A DNA stretch of 64,000 nt from Octopus sinensis (lineage: Eukaryota): assembly GCF_006345805.1 (NCBI RefSeq), contig NC_043008.1:36580001-36644000 (forward strand). Direction: 5' to 3'. This document shows positions 63,334-64,000 of this stretch, piece by piece. The translations under genes and the position numbers were made by a program. Numbering within the stretch: the first letter of the stretch is position 1; every line of letters starts with the position of its first letter. The notes below the pieces were generated by a model that had not been told where the DNA came from, ran no database searches, and saw only the letters and a list, made by a program, of their open reading frames with translations.

Positions 63334-64000
63334 CTCTGTGAGGCCCAACACTCAAAAGGAATTCGGCCAATTTGCCTCCGGGAGGCTCAACATTTGACAG
63401 GAACTCGGCCACTTTGCCTCTGTGAGGCCCAGCACTTGAAAGGAACTTGGCCAATTTGCCTCTGGGAGGCCCAATGCTTGAAAGGAACTTGGCCACTTTG
63501 TATCCATGAGGCCCAATGCTTGAAAGGAACTTGGCTACTTTGCCTCTGTGAGGCCCAACATTTGAAAGGAACTTGGCCACTTTGTATCCATGAGGTCCAA
63601 TGCTCAAAAGGAACTCAGCTACTTTTGCCTTGGTGAGGCCCAGCACTTGAAAGGAACTAGGCCAATTTGCCTCTGGGAGGCCCAACGCTTGAAAGGAACT
63701 TGGCCACTTTGTATCCATGAGGTCCAATGCTCAAAAGGAACTCAGCTACTTTTGCCTTGGTGAGGCCCAGCACTTGAAAGGAACTAGGCCAATTTGCCTC
63801 TGGGAGGCCCAACGCTTGAAAGGAACTTGGCCACTTTGTATCCATGAGGCCCAATGCTTGAAAGGAACTTGGCTACTTTGCCTCTGTGAGGCTCAACACT
63901 TGAAAGGAACTTGGCCACTTTGTATCCATGAGGCCCAATGCTCAAAAGGAACTCAGCTACTTTTGCCTTGGTGAGGCCCAGCACTTGAAAGGAACTAGGC
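63334..64000. repeat. 42-bp minisatellite running off the window end
   Basis: Unit like GAGGCCCAATGCTTGAAAGGAACTTGGCCACTTTGTATCCAT, with an approximately 3-unit higher-order period. Confidence 0.95.

Overview
AT-rich, repeat-saturated eukaryotic DNA. The SINE families and the dense (TA)n, (CA)n, (TATG)n, (TATC)n and (AAT)n tracts point to a cephalopod, probably Octopus; this is recognition from memory, not a search. Most ORFs in the supplied track are microsatellite translations. The only securely recognised host gene is DPH5: coding exon 1 lies at 44728-44862 (+), and the intron that follows appears to run past the window end. Several plus-strand exon candidates (11.5-33.6 kb) suggest a second, unidentified gene. 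The rest is a layered collection of mobile elements. Retroelements: R4/Dong-like LINEs stacked in (TAA)n, a second R4-like family, a HERO-like fragment, a young 5-kb RTE with an unusual tandemly repeated 3' UTR, Penelope-like remnants and several tRNA-derived SINE families. DNA elements: pogo, Tc1/mariner, a piggyBac MITE, Helentron-like and foldback elements. The most striking signal is at the RNA level: three hammerhead-ribozyme-like families sit in Penelope-type repeats. One of them (39935-39997, minus strand; decayed copy at 40289-40351) has all three stems and the core nucleotides, but in a strand order that no circular permutation can produce. All alignments, counts and family assignments were made by eye and need computational confirmation.
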